From Octopus vulgaris (lineage: Eukaryota): 64,000 nt of DNA. The stretch lies in the NCBI GenBank assembly GCA_951406725.2, contig OX597820.1:38440001-38504000 (forward strand), given 5' to 3'. Positions 1-13,908 of this stretch are shown one piece after another. Under the pieces are notes generated by a model. It worked only from the letters and a program-made list of their open reading frames with translations. It had not been told where the DNA came from and did no database searches. How positions within the stretch are numbered: the first letter of the stretch is position 1; every line of letters begins with the position of its first letter. The position numbers and the translations under genes were made by a program.

Positions 1-697
1 GTTGGGAGAAGGGAAATTGACCTGAAACCCTATACGTAAAACCATATTGTCACTAGAAGATTGACTTCAAAGAAGGCACTCGAATTCCTCGTTTCGATGT
101 TTCTTTGGACAATTGTTTATGTCTTCCAACCAAGATAGGAAACAACGCTTCGCTTCAGTTTTAGTTCATCAAACTTCACCGATGCATCTTTGATCGTCCG
201 AGCTGTCTATGCAGCTGCAAAGAAAAATCGACCTGTTATCCACTCATTCAATATATACTGTGCTAGAGAGAAGATATTCAGAACACGAAAGCAAAGCTAC
301 AATAGAAATAAACAACATTCATAATGTATATTCTATGAGGCAACTATGCGTAAATTTCGCGCTTTCGTAGGATTACTATTCAAATTCTCGAAGCAGAAAA
401 TTTAATTGATAAAGTCGTCCGAGTGGTGCTAATTATTTGTCTGCGAAACGAGATTTAATGAAATATATTCTCGAAAAGATTTTAGTCATTTATTTCTCGA
501 AGTAAATTTCCGGTCAAAAAGCTTTTGTTTGCTGCAATGAGTTCAGTCAGTATTATAAGTAAAACATTGTTATTTTATAGTAGGAAGAAAATCAATGTTT
601 ATTATGATCTTGACTGATCATGCGATTTATGCTCGAATTAAGATTGTATTTGCTCAACGTTAATCACGCCCTCTAGTTAAAAATGAAGGACAAATTA

Positions 698-990
698 TTT
701 CTCTAGGTGTGGTGTTATATGCTTTATTTTAGAAGAAAAGACAACTATCCAAATAAGATATCCAACTTTGAATGTTATCTGACTTGAAATTTTGCAAAAC
801 TCATTTTCAGTGACACCTTCTAGAGCTCTTTGTAGGCCGTGATTTCCACAGAGCTCCCAATGGATAATTCTTGCCACACTGTCATGGAAACTTTAGTATT
901 CGCATTGTGCCAATTTTTGGTATTCGCCAACGATGTACCATACCGTTTCACCCCTCTCACAGCACATTCTTCATTTGTCGCTATCGAAAG
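698..990 (-). mobile_element. Decayed R4/Dong-clade LINE fragment (zinc knuckle to start of RLE)
   Basis: Minus-strand translation ...RMCCERGETVWYIVGEYQKLAQCEY*SFHDSVARIIHWELCG...EGVTENEFCKI resembles the CCHC/RHD/ENE region of RLE elements, with stops. Confidence 0.7.
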
Positions 991-3893
991 TGTTGCTTAT
1001 TCTGCACTTCATGTAGTGCCTTCTCCTGTTACTCAAAGAGACAATACTCTCCTTAGAAGGCGAGCTGTTCCCAAAAATGCTGTCATTTGGATCACCTCGA
1101 GAAGCACGAATATTCTTAATATGTTTTTCAAAGCCCTTGGAAATTGCTCCCAATGATCCAGTTACCGCCGATATCACTATTACTTTCCTCGTGCACCATA
1201 ACTTTCCTATCTCGTCCCGCAGTCGCTGGTAATTCTCAATCCTTTCTGTTTCATTACATTTCACCCCCGAATCGCCTGATGTTGCAACATCTATTATCGT
1301 TACTTCTTTTTCATCTCTATGGGTAAGCACCATATCTGATCGTCTCGCCTCTATGACTTGGTCGAACTACATGTTAAAATCCCATAGTATTTTGTAATAT
1401 CCGTCTCCAATAACACCCTCTGGCATGTGTTCATACTATTGTTCGGCTCTCTCGAGGTTTGCTTTACTGCAAAACAGCCTGTGGATATCTCTGGTCATAT
1501 TGTCCTGTCTCCTTTTATATTCACGTCGTGCAAACATAGAGCACTTACTGACAATATGGCTTATACTTTCTCCCTTATGAGAGTACATTCCTCATAGCGA
1601 GTCAGTGGTTTTATCAATGTGATATTTGGAGTAGCTTGTTCTGAGAGCTTGTTCTTGAGCACTGCACACTAATGCTTCAGTGGGCCCTTTTAAGTCTTCT
1701 TTCTGCTGTCATTGCAATCAATTTATACAAACCAATCGCATCTTTATTCTTTAAAAACTGATTTTGAATTTTCTTATCCTGCCAAATTTTCTTCATCTGC
1801 TCTCACTGGTCTTTCTTAAATCGTATTGGATCTACGGCTTCGTTCACTTTTAAGTTTCCCACATTTTCACTGTTTTAATTATTTCTTCTTTACTCCCTTT
1901 GACATACCAAGCCAGGCTATTCTCCTATTCCTTTACCCAACCTCCACAACACACTAATCCCCGTCCTCCTCCCCTCCTCTTTACATACATTCATGACACA
2001 TCAATCTTGGGGTGTATCACTTTGTTCATTGTCATTAATTTACGTGTTCTCCTGTCTATCTATTGTAATTCATGCTTCTTCCAAGATACTATTCCTGTCT
2101 CATAGCTCATCAAAGCAATAGCCCACGTGTTAATTGCTATAATCTTATAGCGGTCAATTAGCTTCAATTGGAGCACAAGCAGAGTCATCTTCAAATACTC
2201 TTTCCTATTCATTTCTTTCATCTTGTGTACATTCATCTTATCTCTGTCAATGATACTCAGGTACTTATATCCTTCCTCCCCGACTTTTGTAACTTCACCG
2301 CTTTCCAGCTTGATCACATAGCTTTTACTGACTTTACCCCTTTTGAGAAAGATTACACCACGTTTCTCGAACGCAAATGCAATGCCAATATCTTTGCTAA
2401 TCATATGCACAGTTGCCGTCAAAACCTCAATTTCTTTCTCAGTCTTAGCGAATAGCTTTCGGTCATTCATAAACCACAGGTTGTTTAATTCCACACTGCC
2501 TAGCATGTACACTATACGCATATTTCTTAAAACGCTCGTTAGTGGCAGTAAGCAGACAACAATTAGGAGAGGAGATACACTGTACCCTTGAAAGATTCCT
2601 CTTTGATATTTACCTCTCCCAGCTTATCTCCCCATGATGTAAGTTCAGTTTGTCACATTGTCGTTCAATTTTGTATTAATTTCAGGATATTTTGGGAGAT
2701 ATTAAGCAGTTTAAGGCATTCAATAATCCATGAGTGAGGGGCCATGTCATATGCTTTCATGTAGTCCACCCATGCAGTCAAATTTTGTGTGTCTTCTTGC
2801 AATCAGCCAGTCTTATCGATTAGTTATTGATCCCTCGTTCCTCTTCGTCTACACCCTTTTTGTCCCAGTGGTAGTAACTCGTTCTCATCTAGGTAATTAT
2901 AGATGATGTCTGATGTGAAACCCGTTATAAGTTTCCACATCAGTGGCAAACAAGGTATTGGTCGGAATTTTCCAACCACATTCCCTTTACTTGGGTCCTT
3001 CTGGCTTTGCCATCCAGGCTGGTGATTGGATGTCGCTATTCAGTATTCTGTGTAGCTGTCTCGCTGTTCCCCTGTGCAGAGCTGTCAGGTTTTTAAGCAA
3101 AAAGCCCTGAATCTCATCTCGGCCAAGCGCTTTCCAGTTAGGAATTTTCCTGCAGTGATCACTAATCATACCATCGGTCAATCTCAAATCTTCTTGCTGA
3201 TACTTTCCCCTCCCCTCTTTGAGTGACTTTAACCACTCTGCTTCAGTTTCGTGTTGTTTCCCCTATGACCATATGTTTGACAAGAATCTTCCAATTTCTT
3301 CAACATCGGGCACGGCTTTTTCATTTTCTTTTCCATCCAGTTCCTGATTTTGTTCGAAAAGTCTGTTTAATCTGTATTGCTCAATTCTCTGTTCATATCT
3401 CTTTAATTTATGTGCTTTATCTTTTAAGATCTGCTTTAATTCCTCAATCACAACATTTATTCCCTTTCTCTTCACCCAATTCTTCTACTCCGGCTCATCA
3501 CATTTCTCTCGCTTAACTTCATTCCTCGTTTTCCGTTCCAGAATATTTATATGATTTCTGGTCTCGTTAACATACTGCGTTAATCTCCTTTCCACTATGA
3601 TTCATTCAGGTTATGTTGACATTTACCTATGGCTTTCAAACTCAACTTCCGGGCTACAAAAATCGAGATAGCATTTATGAGATTGTTGGTTTCTGTGATG
3701 TTGTCAGTCCTGATATCACCAGTGATGTAATTTCTATTCCTAACACATTCATTCAGTTTTTTCTATCCACTTTTTTAAAACCCCGTATGAAACTCTGTTC
3801 ACCAGAGGTCCAAATATCAATGATTTCATTGAAAATGGATAATTGTTCCTCGGCTCTCTCATGGATTTCGTGCTCAATAAACTTAGCCTCATG
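991..3893 (-). mobile_element. Old, multiply disrupted R4/Dong-clade non-LTR retrotransposon (RT + RLE)
   Basis: Collinear fragments: ELKQILKDKAHKLKRYEQRIEQYRLNRLF (3263-3475), KIPNWKALGRDEIQGFLLKNL (2987-3187), NNLWFMNDRKLFAK...GYKYL...AINTWAI (2060-2521), IIDVAT...LWCTRKVIVI..GSLGAI (971-1333). Many stops and frameshifts. Confidence 0.85.
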
Positions 3894-3907
3894 CCACCAC
3901 CACCACA

Positions 3908-4000
<93 letters not shown>
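3894..4000. repeat. Compound (CCA)/(CAT)/(TAT)n microsatellite; 3' tail or target of the adjacent R4/Dong copy
   Basis: Directly visible trinucleotide blocks abutting the element 3' UTR. Confidence 0.95.
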
Positions 4001-4003
<3 letters not shown>

Positions 4004-4680
4004 TAGTTTTATTTTTATAGCGTGCTTTCACTTCACTACCGAGCGCAGCTCTGTGTGCCTTGGGTATGTGCTGTGATTTGTTGTGATGCTCTGATGGTTA
4101 TTGTATGGAAAGTGTTCTGCGTAGGATGTGTGCAGTGCCTAGTAGTGTAATTTTCTGTATGTTATATGTGTTTGTAAGTCCTGGTGTTTTTGTTATGTAT
4201 TTGTCTGAATATTTTTTTATCATGCCTAATGCACCTACTATGATAGGAATTGTTTCTGTTTTCAGATTCCACATTCTAGTTACCTCTATTTCCAGGTCTT
4301 TGTATTTTGAGAGTTTCTCCATTTCTTTTAGAGACACGTTGTCATCTGCCGGTACTGATACATCAATTAGAAAGCATTTTTTTTCTTCATGGTCTCTGAC
4401 AACTATATCTGGTCTGTTGGCCTTAATTTCTCTATCTGTGTGTATCGGCATATCCCAGAGTATGGTTGCTTTCTCGTTTTCTGTGACCTTTTCTGGTGTG
4501 TGCCTATACCATCTTTTTTCTGTTGTTATTCCATAATGTTGGCATAGCTTCCAATGTATGTAAGTTCCAACTCTGTCATGTCTGTGAATATATTCCTTCT
4601 TAGCCAGGACTGGGCAGCTAGAGATAATATGATTTATTGTTTCTTGTCCATCTCCACATATTCTGCAGTTACTTGTAATA
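4001..4680 (-). mobile_element. Young 5'-truncated R4/Dong-clade LINE (CCHC knuckle, RLE, 3' UTR) inserted in a TAA repeat
   Basis: Uninterrupted frame CRICGDGQETINHIISSC...RHD...NRPDIVV..LIDVSVP...KLSKY...LLGTAHILRRTLSIQ* (stop at 4098), flanked on both sides by (TAT)n. The poly-Asn N-terminus in the ORF track is only the microsatellite. Confidence 0.92.
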
Positions 4681-4967
<287 letters not shown>

Positions 4968-5920
4968 AATGGTAGCTGACCACAACTATTCATTTTAAAC
5001 GGTTACTAGAAATGGTAGCTGTATACCTGACATAGTTGACACCGCATGAGTTTAACGAGAACGACCGACATTAACAGGTATTATTTGTTAATGACTGCTC
5101 CCAGTAAATGTTATAATTGTGATGCCGTATAATTCCGATTTCTGTTGACTAATCATCAGAAAATTTGTTTTAGAAAACAGTTATAATATCGTTTAGTATT
5201 CAAGTCTTACTCGAATATGAAAAGAAATGTCTTCAGCAGTATCGGAAAATATGTAAAGTTATGTATTAACCATTTGGAACTTAACTCATGGCGAAGTTAG
5301 AAGTCACTGATTATTTATATTTCTACTGCACTTGAAGATCTGCCATCTACCTACCTCTATGTTTATACACATGATTGTGTACTATAAAACATCAATTCTA
5401 GCTGAATCGATCCATGATTTATAATATCGATACACTCTTTGGAATGTCAAAAAATGTTTTTGTATATAACGCTATTTAAGTTTTTTATTTGATTTATTTT
5501 TATGCTGCTGGAAATAATAACAATGCTCCGATTCCGAAAGTAACTCATGGGATTCATAAAGCAAATAATTAAAGCAAAACACCAGCTTATGCTGAAAAGC
5601 TGTTGATGTGTTATGCTAATAAAAATCATTGCATGTGTATTGTTCAGTGGCCATATATTTTATGCTATATCGAATATATTCAAACCATATAAAAAATATT
5701 TAGCAATACAATTCGCTTTTCATCTTAGTCATGATATTTTTTATCAGATTCCTAAGGTCTTACAGCTTACAGTGTATGAGAACAATGGTAGGGCAGAATA
5801 CATTTCATTATATGTGTTGGACAACGTACACGAATTAAGTAATAAAGAGTGTAATAAAACATATCCTTACAACGCAGGGTGCCTTGTTTCATTAAAACTT
5901 TGATTCTTAGACAAATACAT

Positions 5921-5956
<36 letters not shown>

Positions 5957-6372
5957 ATTTGGCTCAAAAGCAAATAGCAAGGCCATGTAGGGGGACATGG
6001 AGTTAAGTTCAGGGTGGTGCTCATGTAAAGAGTTCAGGCCACTTGAGGTCAAGGGAGGCTTTGAACAAAGCGGTCGTCGGCATCTTCACCATCTCGTCTG
6101 GCAGCTTGTTCCACGGATCCGCAACCCGGACGGAGAAAGCTCGTCTCCTTCGATTGAGATGAAATCGTCGCAGGTAGAGCTTTTCGGAATGACCCCGCAG
6201 CCGACGCTCTGGAGCAGGAGTGAAGAACAGCTCTTTCGAGAGGTTACACTTTCCGCTTATGATGTTGTGGGCGAGAATGAGATCACCACGGCGGCGGCGT
6301 TTTTTCTAGAGAATAAAGGTCGAGCGTCCTCAGCCTTTCTTCATAGGACAAATTTTTGAGACCATGAACCAT
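5921..6372 (-). mobile_element. 5'-truncated CR1-clade LINE 3' end with (CTAA)n tail
   Basis: GLKNLSYEERLRTLDLYSLEK/RRRRGDLI...FSVRVADPWNKLP..FKASLD..* is a typical CR1 ORF2 C-terminus. One frameshift in the T6 run at 6300-6305. (GTTA)n tail at 5921-5956. Confidence 0.9.
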
Positions 6373-6596
6373 GAACATTGAAATAAAGAACAGATCACAA
6401 GCGAAATGGCATATTTGGCTGCATTCTTGATTTTTTTTTGTTTTTTTTGAAGACTTAAAGTTGAACACATTCTTGATTAGAGTTGAAACAGCCATTGAAG
6501 TTAGATTATTGACCGTACTAGAAGACCATAATTGACATTGAATATCCGCAGCTCACTTAATAAAGTTCACTACTTTTGCATCTCGTGATGCATCAC

Positions 6597-6645
<49 letters not shown>

Positions 6646-6886
6646 TATTCTGGAAACCATTCAACTGATGACGTACGGAAACGCAGCCTGCTGCAGGATC
6701 ATATTTGGATATTTTATGTAATAATAACAAATTGAAAACTTAACAACTAACAGCTTTTATCAATGCACAAAATGAATTAGTAATGTAAGTAAAGCCTGTG
6801 AATCCATCTTCATATTTTGTAAAATTTCAGATATTTTATACACACACACATACATACCTACATACATATATACATACATACATACA

Positions 6887-6967
<81 letters not shown>

Positions 6968-7189
6968 AATATTTCTATTATTATGGTTAGATAATAAAAT
7001 ACAGTTTAGAGTTTAACGAATTGATGTCCTAGAAAATTCACACTTGGCCTTGTTGCCTCATTTTATTTAACTCGCTCACATACTACCCGAATACTATTAT
7101 CGAAACGGCTGTCTAACGGCGGTCCTTCCATAGCACATACATAGCCTTACCTGCATCCTGGATTGGATCTTCTGGATACCAAAACATAT

Positions 7190-7234
<45 letters not shown>

Positions 7235-7257
7235 GTATATATATATAGATATGCATG

Positions 7258-7348
<91 letters not shown>

Positions 7349-8149
7349 TTAATGGCTACAACATAGTATTATCCACAATCATGCGCAAATGGTCTATCCT
7401 ACTGCTTTTGCTCTGAGAAGTGAATATATATTACGTTCATTATTTTTTTCAGTTATTACACAGAACAGTGACTTACTCTACGGAAATATCTATCCTTTAT
7501 TTCATATCATCTAACTGAGATGAATGTTCCATTTTGCTCATGTTTTTGTTTAAATCAAATTTCCATTAACATGGTGGTGAAATAATGACGCAAGAACATT
7601 CATAAAACAACGAAAATATCGCGTGCTTCTGATCTTCAATTTTCAATATTGGCGGAATTTCCAATTATGTCGATAGAATTTTTTCTATCATTATGATTAT
7701 ATTATATGACAGTTTAGAGTTAAACGAATTGATTTCCTGTGAAATTTATTTATAACTTCCTGCTTTACATACATGTTTGACTGAAACCCCCGTAATGTCA
7801 AACTTCTTTTATCGAACCAGTATAGATTCCCAAATTCTATCTCTCCATCCACAGCCTAGAGGCGCATAATATTCTCCTGTTATTTCGATCTTGACTGCAT
7901 AAGGACCGCATTTCATTTTTACTGACTAGCTGATATAAAGCTCACCGAAATTTCAAAGGCATTTCTTCAACGTGGTTAGAGTATTATGTCCCCCAAAAAT
8001 CTCTTATTTTATAAATATATACTATATGAATGTAAGATCCAGGTATCGTCATGCTGGAAGAAAGTAAGCTTCAAGCAATACGTAGTAAATATATAAAAAA
8101 CATACAGCTTTCAGGATCAATATTTGTTTATTGAGACGGAAGGTTGTGG

Positions 8150-8275
8150 ATATTTTTCGTATTGAAGAACGATAAACTAATAAGAATAAGTCGTGCCGTC
8201 GGTTCATCCGGTAATTTGACGAGGACGCTGTCCATTTCCTTCTTGAAGACATCTACGTCAACACGATGTAGGTTT
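8150..8275 (-). mobile_element. Short CR1-like ORF2 C-terminal remnant
   Basis: VDVDVFKKEMDSVLVKLPDEP resembles the CR1 'FK..LD..L..VPDEP' terminus. Confidence 0.55.
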
Positions 8276-8278
8276 CTT

Positions 8279-8333
<55 letters not shown>

Positions 8334-8479
8334 TATATGTATTTATGTATATATATATATATATATATGTACATATATATATTCACACATACATATGTTT
8401 ATACAAATAATGTAGATGTGTAAATTATATTTATAGTCTTCGAAGTATTTATACAGACCCATATACATACATACATACA

Positions 8480-8561
<82 letters not shown>

Positions 8562-8642
8562 TTTAGAGGTAGTATACCCCTACTTCTCACCAAATAAAAA
8601 TAATATTTGTTTTTATTTTAAATACCTACTGTTTTATTCCTT

Positions 8643-8737
8643 GGCAACACGTGTTTCATGAGGTACATCCTCGGGTTCCTAAACCAATCCGTGTTTCCCT
8701 GGAACGCTTCTCAAGATGCCACCCTAATCATCAGGCC
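8643..8737 (-). ncRNA. Degenerate type I hammerhead ribozyme motif in a probable Penelope pseudo-LTR (about 8559-8897)
   Basis: Minus strand: GGC-CUGAUGA-[long stem II insert]-GAAA-CACGUG-UU-GCC. Palindromic helix III loop; stem I is only 3 bp. Confidence 0.5.
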
Positions 8738-8893
8738 CTTATAACTTTATCAACGTTCAATACAATAAACTATATTGTAAAATTTTAAATCCCATAAATA
8801 TGTTTAAATTAGGTATATTTAGTTTCGCTGGACTCTACCGTACAAGCCATAATTCAGATAAAAATTCAATTAAAGACAAAAAGTTACAGAAAT

Positions 8894-8939
<46 letters not shown>

Positions 8940-9049
8940 TTCATATACATATAGATACACACATGCAATTTGTTAGTAGTCAATTCGTATAACATCTTAG
9001 AGTTTCTTCTTAAGCCTGTTTTCTTTTAGCATGACTTCGTGTATGACAC

Positions 9050-9584
9050 TTAATACCAACTTTTGACATCATCACTAAGTCTTTCAAACCTATTTATATT
9101 GCATCTACTTTATAGCATCCTTGCTTCTCATGTGTCTCTTGGAAACCACTAGAGTAAGACAGATTGTCCCACTTCTTTCAAAATGATGCGATTATTTGCA
9201 GCTATTGATGTTGTTGCATGTTTCCACTTACAAATTGCTCTTTTCTATGACGCATACTAACTTTCCCCTTTCAAATGAAGCTATACCAACAGCGATTGTA
9301 TTTCACCAGTAAGCTTTATCACTCTTTATGCTAATCTATAGAAATAGTACATTTCTTCAGGTCCATTAAGAGGGATTTTGTGAAGATGTTTCTCTGTTTC
9401 AATTTCGCAGAAAACAGTTGCTTTGAAATCCTACTAATAGTTGTTCAAACAAGACCTCCACTCTACCTTAAAGCATTCCGAACGACGATGAAGTCTTCAA
9501 TCCTAGTCATTTGGATTTTTGTAGAACTTCATTATCAGGTGCGTGTGTATGTGTATGTGTGTGTGTGCGTGTGTGTATGTGTGT

Positions 9585-9679
<95 letters not shown>

Positions 9680-10170
9680 AGCGAGCGAGTGACAACTGAG
9701 TGTGTATGTGTTTGTGTGAGAGAGTGAGAGAGTGAGTGTGTGTGCGTGCGTGCTTGCGTGAGTATATCCAAAAGATGGGTAATATCGTTTCAACGTCTTA
9801 ACTTGGTGTTTATGGATCATCGAAGTTCTACAGACATACAACAAGGCCGAAGGCATCCTACGTTTCTAGAAAAGTATCTTTGTGTTTAGTCTAATCCTGT
9901 GTTGCGACCAAAATTTGCTTTCCAGATTTCCAAAAGCTGTCGAAACGTTCTTCATTCTGTTTAGGGTCATCAAATTTGCATCAGCTGACAGCACACATCC
10001 TGGATAAGTAAAAACGTTACCACTTTTTATTCTTTATCTCTTACTAATATTTTTGGTTTATTTACTAATATTTTTGGTTTTGCTTTTCCAGGTGCAACCT
10101 GCAACATATATTTTGGTTTTTTTTTCAAATTCATTTCCCAAAGCTTTGCATAAAATTCTGTACGCTCGCT
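9050..10170 (-). mobile_element. Decayed RTE-clade LINE 3' half, split by a (GT)/(GA) microsatellite at about 9540-9765
   Basis: FTYPGCVLS..AFGNLESKFWSQHRIRLNTK..ALLYVC..KHQVKTL on one side, and PDNEVLQKSKMTRIE..RISKQLF..GIASFE on the other, follow the RTE RT C-terminal order. Confidence 0.7.
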
Positions 10171-11548
10171 AATCTAGTTAGAGATAATAGCTAAATCTAT
10201 GTCAACCAAGACACTGATTTTGTAAATAAAGAAATGATACATTAGATAATGTATTTCAACATAAAAGGCATGACTGGTCATAGCTCTAGAATTCTTTCTG
10301 ATTATAAGTTTGCTTCACCAGCACTCGATTGGAGTTATCGAAAAGGAATAACACGGACTGCCTTAAGCTACTATAATAGATATTTTAATACACCGAAGTG
10401 TGTAATATGATTGCCCTACTTTGAGACCCATCTCAGCGCTCGTCACATATTTGAAGTAACAATTATTGCGCGATTATCTCTTCTCCTCATCTGTTCGGCA
10501 CAATCAGTTTTCTGCCCGTTGGCAAACATAGAAAGACAATTATAATTCTATAGATCAAAATAATTAATTTCGAAACCAATATCAATTCATATAATGTTAA
10601 GTAATTGATAATATGATTTAATAATGTCTGTGAAATACGTCATTGATAGAATATGACGTACAAATAATTATGATAAAAGGTAATAATGCGCAGATGACAG
10701 CAATTAATCACAGTGCTCCCAAAGTTGCAAGTAATGTATTAAAATATGTTCATATAATCCAATTGTACTTAGGTAGTCGTGTGCAATAAGTTAGCACGCT
10801 CAGTTTCATACATATTTCGACAGAAGAAGAATTAAGAGTCATTCAGTCTACTTGTAAGTTCGTGACTAAAATTTATTTCACGAGTAAAATTATTTGATGC
10901 GATTATTTCATAAATGGGTGATTGTAAAATACTCAAATGTCATTTTTCGGTAAGTATTGTTCTTTGGTTATGATAAAGCTTCATACTTTCTTTCTTTAGA
11001 TAAGCGAAATCAACCGGATATCTGATCTGATTTAATGATTATGATATTTCATTTATGAATGATCTTGTGCCAGTACCATATTCGTATCTTATAGAAAATT
11101 CTTCTCCATTCAATGGACTTCTCGAAACCTTTGCTTATTGTTATGCTAATAAAACATTCAGAACGTCAATCATTATTTTCATATACTAAATTTAATTACT
11201 ATATATAGTCACTGTTACGTATTCAAGCCCACTTATATTGAATTTGTCTTTAATTTTTCTTAATAATAATAAATAATAACGGACACGTAGCGCTGAATTT
11301 CTACTCCAATTATGAAAGCTGTCGGACTAAAACCATATCAAATAATTTGACTGTAGATTTTCCAATCTGAAGATTAAAGGAATCAAAGTTCAATTAGTGA
11401 ACTTTCAGTCAACTTGTAATATTCCATCTAACCTATAAAGTCCCATTACAATAATGATGTATTACGAAATTTAACGAGAGATCAAATACTGATACGGGTT
11501 ACTATAATACACATCATTTTATTTATTTCACGAAATCGGAATACGTGT

Positions 11549-11820
11549 TATATTACTCATAGTTTAAGAGATCAATTCTCTTGCAATTCACTGTCTTGTA
11601 AAATGTTCCAAAAGGGATTGCGATCAACAAATATAAGGAGTCTGTGCATGACATAATGTATCGCATTCAGTGTCATGCTATAAATATATTACTCATAGTT
11701 TAAGCGATCAATTCTCTTGCAATTCACTGTCTTGTAAAATGTTCCAAAAGGGATTGCGATCAACAAATATAAGGAGTCTGTCCATGACATAATGTATCGC
11801 ATTCAGTGTCATGCTATAAA
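11549..11820. repeat. Tandem duplication, 2 x 136 bp
   Basis: Units 11549-11684 and 11685-11820 differ at 2 positions by eye. Confidence 0.95.
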
Positions 11821-12495
11821 TATAAACATGCTATAAATATTCACCCATTCGTCCGGTTACAAAGAATTCTAGATTATGAAATCGAATTACATCCATTTGA
11901 ATGATTTTATAAAAATAATTAAGTTATCCGGTGATTTCGAAAAGTGCTTGGTACCAAATATTTTTTATAACTTTGTTTTGAACAGACCTATATCATTAGC
12001 ACCAACACAAACATAGCATCCATAGATCAATACACAATTATAGATTTCTAACTTAGGTACACATTTTAAAGGAAAGAAAATCGAGTAAATCAATCCCACG
12101 ACTTACTTTATCGATCCCAGAGATATGAGAAACATAGCCGATATTGCCGAGATTTTAACTACGAACGTTAATGGCAGAATTAGATACAACAAGGAACAGT
12201 ATCCGAGGCATTACCCATTCTTTCATTCTCTGTGCAACTAATCAATAGAGAGGCAAGTTTAATTATTTGCCAGTCACACGGTTCTATTGAATTTATTTGC
12301 AGTGTGTGTGTTCCTCAATGTGAAGCGGATAATAACACGTTTCACTAGGCAGGAATTACTAACTCGATATATACTGAATGCGCTAATGTAGATCTTTATA
12401 ACCTGCTTAGATACACATTGAGATATACATTATATATAAATTCCTAATCCATAAACTAGAAATCATTAATTCATCTACCGAAACTTCTCACGTAC

Positions 12496-12558
12496 AAATT
12501 AAAATAATATTGAACCAAATTAAAAATAAGCATGAATCAAATTAAAATAAACACGATA
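12496..12558. repeat. 3 x 21-bp tandem repeat (CAAATTAAAATAA core)
   Basis: Directly visible. Confidence 0.8.
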
Positions 12559-13908
12559 TAACTCATTTTGCTTTCTCATTAAAGAATGTCAATGAACCAT
12601 TTTTCGATACCTTTATCTAGGCCTACGTAAAGATGCATTTATCCGACGGATAATGAATAACTGCTTCATTTTGTTTCACAATAATAGTTGAATAAATATC
12701 AAAACATGTTTTCTAAATTTATGGAAATCATCTGCATTGAAAACATAAAATTGTTATTCTGGCTGAAATTGAAGTTGCTTCAATGAAATATATTCTTCCA
12801 TCAAAATACCTTGCTATTTTTGTGGGCCTTAGTCAAGCCACATGTTGATTGTAAAAATTTCGCTGAGATTATAGAATGCGAATTGTGGGCATTTGCTTAA
12901 ACTCTCGACAAGCAACTAAATACGGCTATGGTTTATCTTAATTTCCTCATGGATGCTTTCGCGCTCTAGACGTGTTGCACAATATTTGTATATTAACATT
13001 ATATGACGTTTTCTCCTTCAGCAGTAAAGATTACGGCTTTCTCAAGTGCCTTACGAGTGCCAAAGACACAGTTTTGCATGAACACACTCCTCTCAAAATA
13101 CTACCACCTGTAAACTGTGAACTCATTGAGACTAACAACTAGCATTCATATTTACGCACATTATTATTGGCCTTAGTGAAGAAATATCAAAAAACATTAA
13201 TTTCTAAATGTCGATGTAACTTCGAACTATATTCAAAATATACTCATAAACTATGTTTTATCAAAATACCTACTATTCAATGTAAAATTTTTTTTTTTGA
13301 CAAGTATGTGCTTGCTACAATATTTTGAGAGAAATTAAAGGCAGTTTCTTGGATATTTTGGTTTATATAAGACGCCATGTTTTGTGAAAATGCACAAGCA
13401 TTTACTATAAGTATACGAGCATACAGAAAGTAAGGAATCAGAGAAAATACTTGCAAAACATTTTGTAAGAAGTCCGAGTAAATCCCCCTATACATTACTT
13501 TCTACTGGTACTTTATTTTACGAAACCCAGATGAATGAAAGACAAAGTTCACCATCACAGTATCTGAACTTAAAATTGCTGCGAGCTATTCCCTCTGACT
13601 TTTAACGACTCTATCAAGTCGTTTCATAGAATTTATACACATGTTTTCTTTAAACGAAGTTACAACTTGACATCCACACTAAAATTACATACAATATCTC
13701 ACCCGTGAGTAAACCTGTATAAGTGTGGCCTTTTAGAAAGTGTGGCCAAAGGAGATGCTACTGATGTAAAAATGAAGGTATCCTGCAGATAGTTAAATTA
13801 TTTGCAAGAAACGATGAAATTATTACAGGTGACATATTTTGCTCGCACATTCAGGTGATCAAAATATAGCAAGAACAAAAGTTAAGAGTACTTATATCTG
13901 CTCCTGAC

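Noticed and set aside
6660-6700. CTGATGA-CGTACG-GAAAC hammerhead-like core
   Set aside because: No UH triplet closing helix III and no stem I.
7151-7171. 21-nt minus-strand microexon (CCAG|...|GTAAGG)
   Set aside because: Weak pyrimidine tract and no supporting gene context; expected by chance.
6970-7748. Diverged ~70-bp direct repeat (about 6970-7040 and 7679-7748) as LTRs
   Set aside because: No TG..CA ends, PBS/PPT or internal coding; probably an old local duplication.
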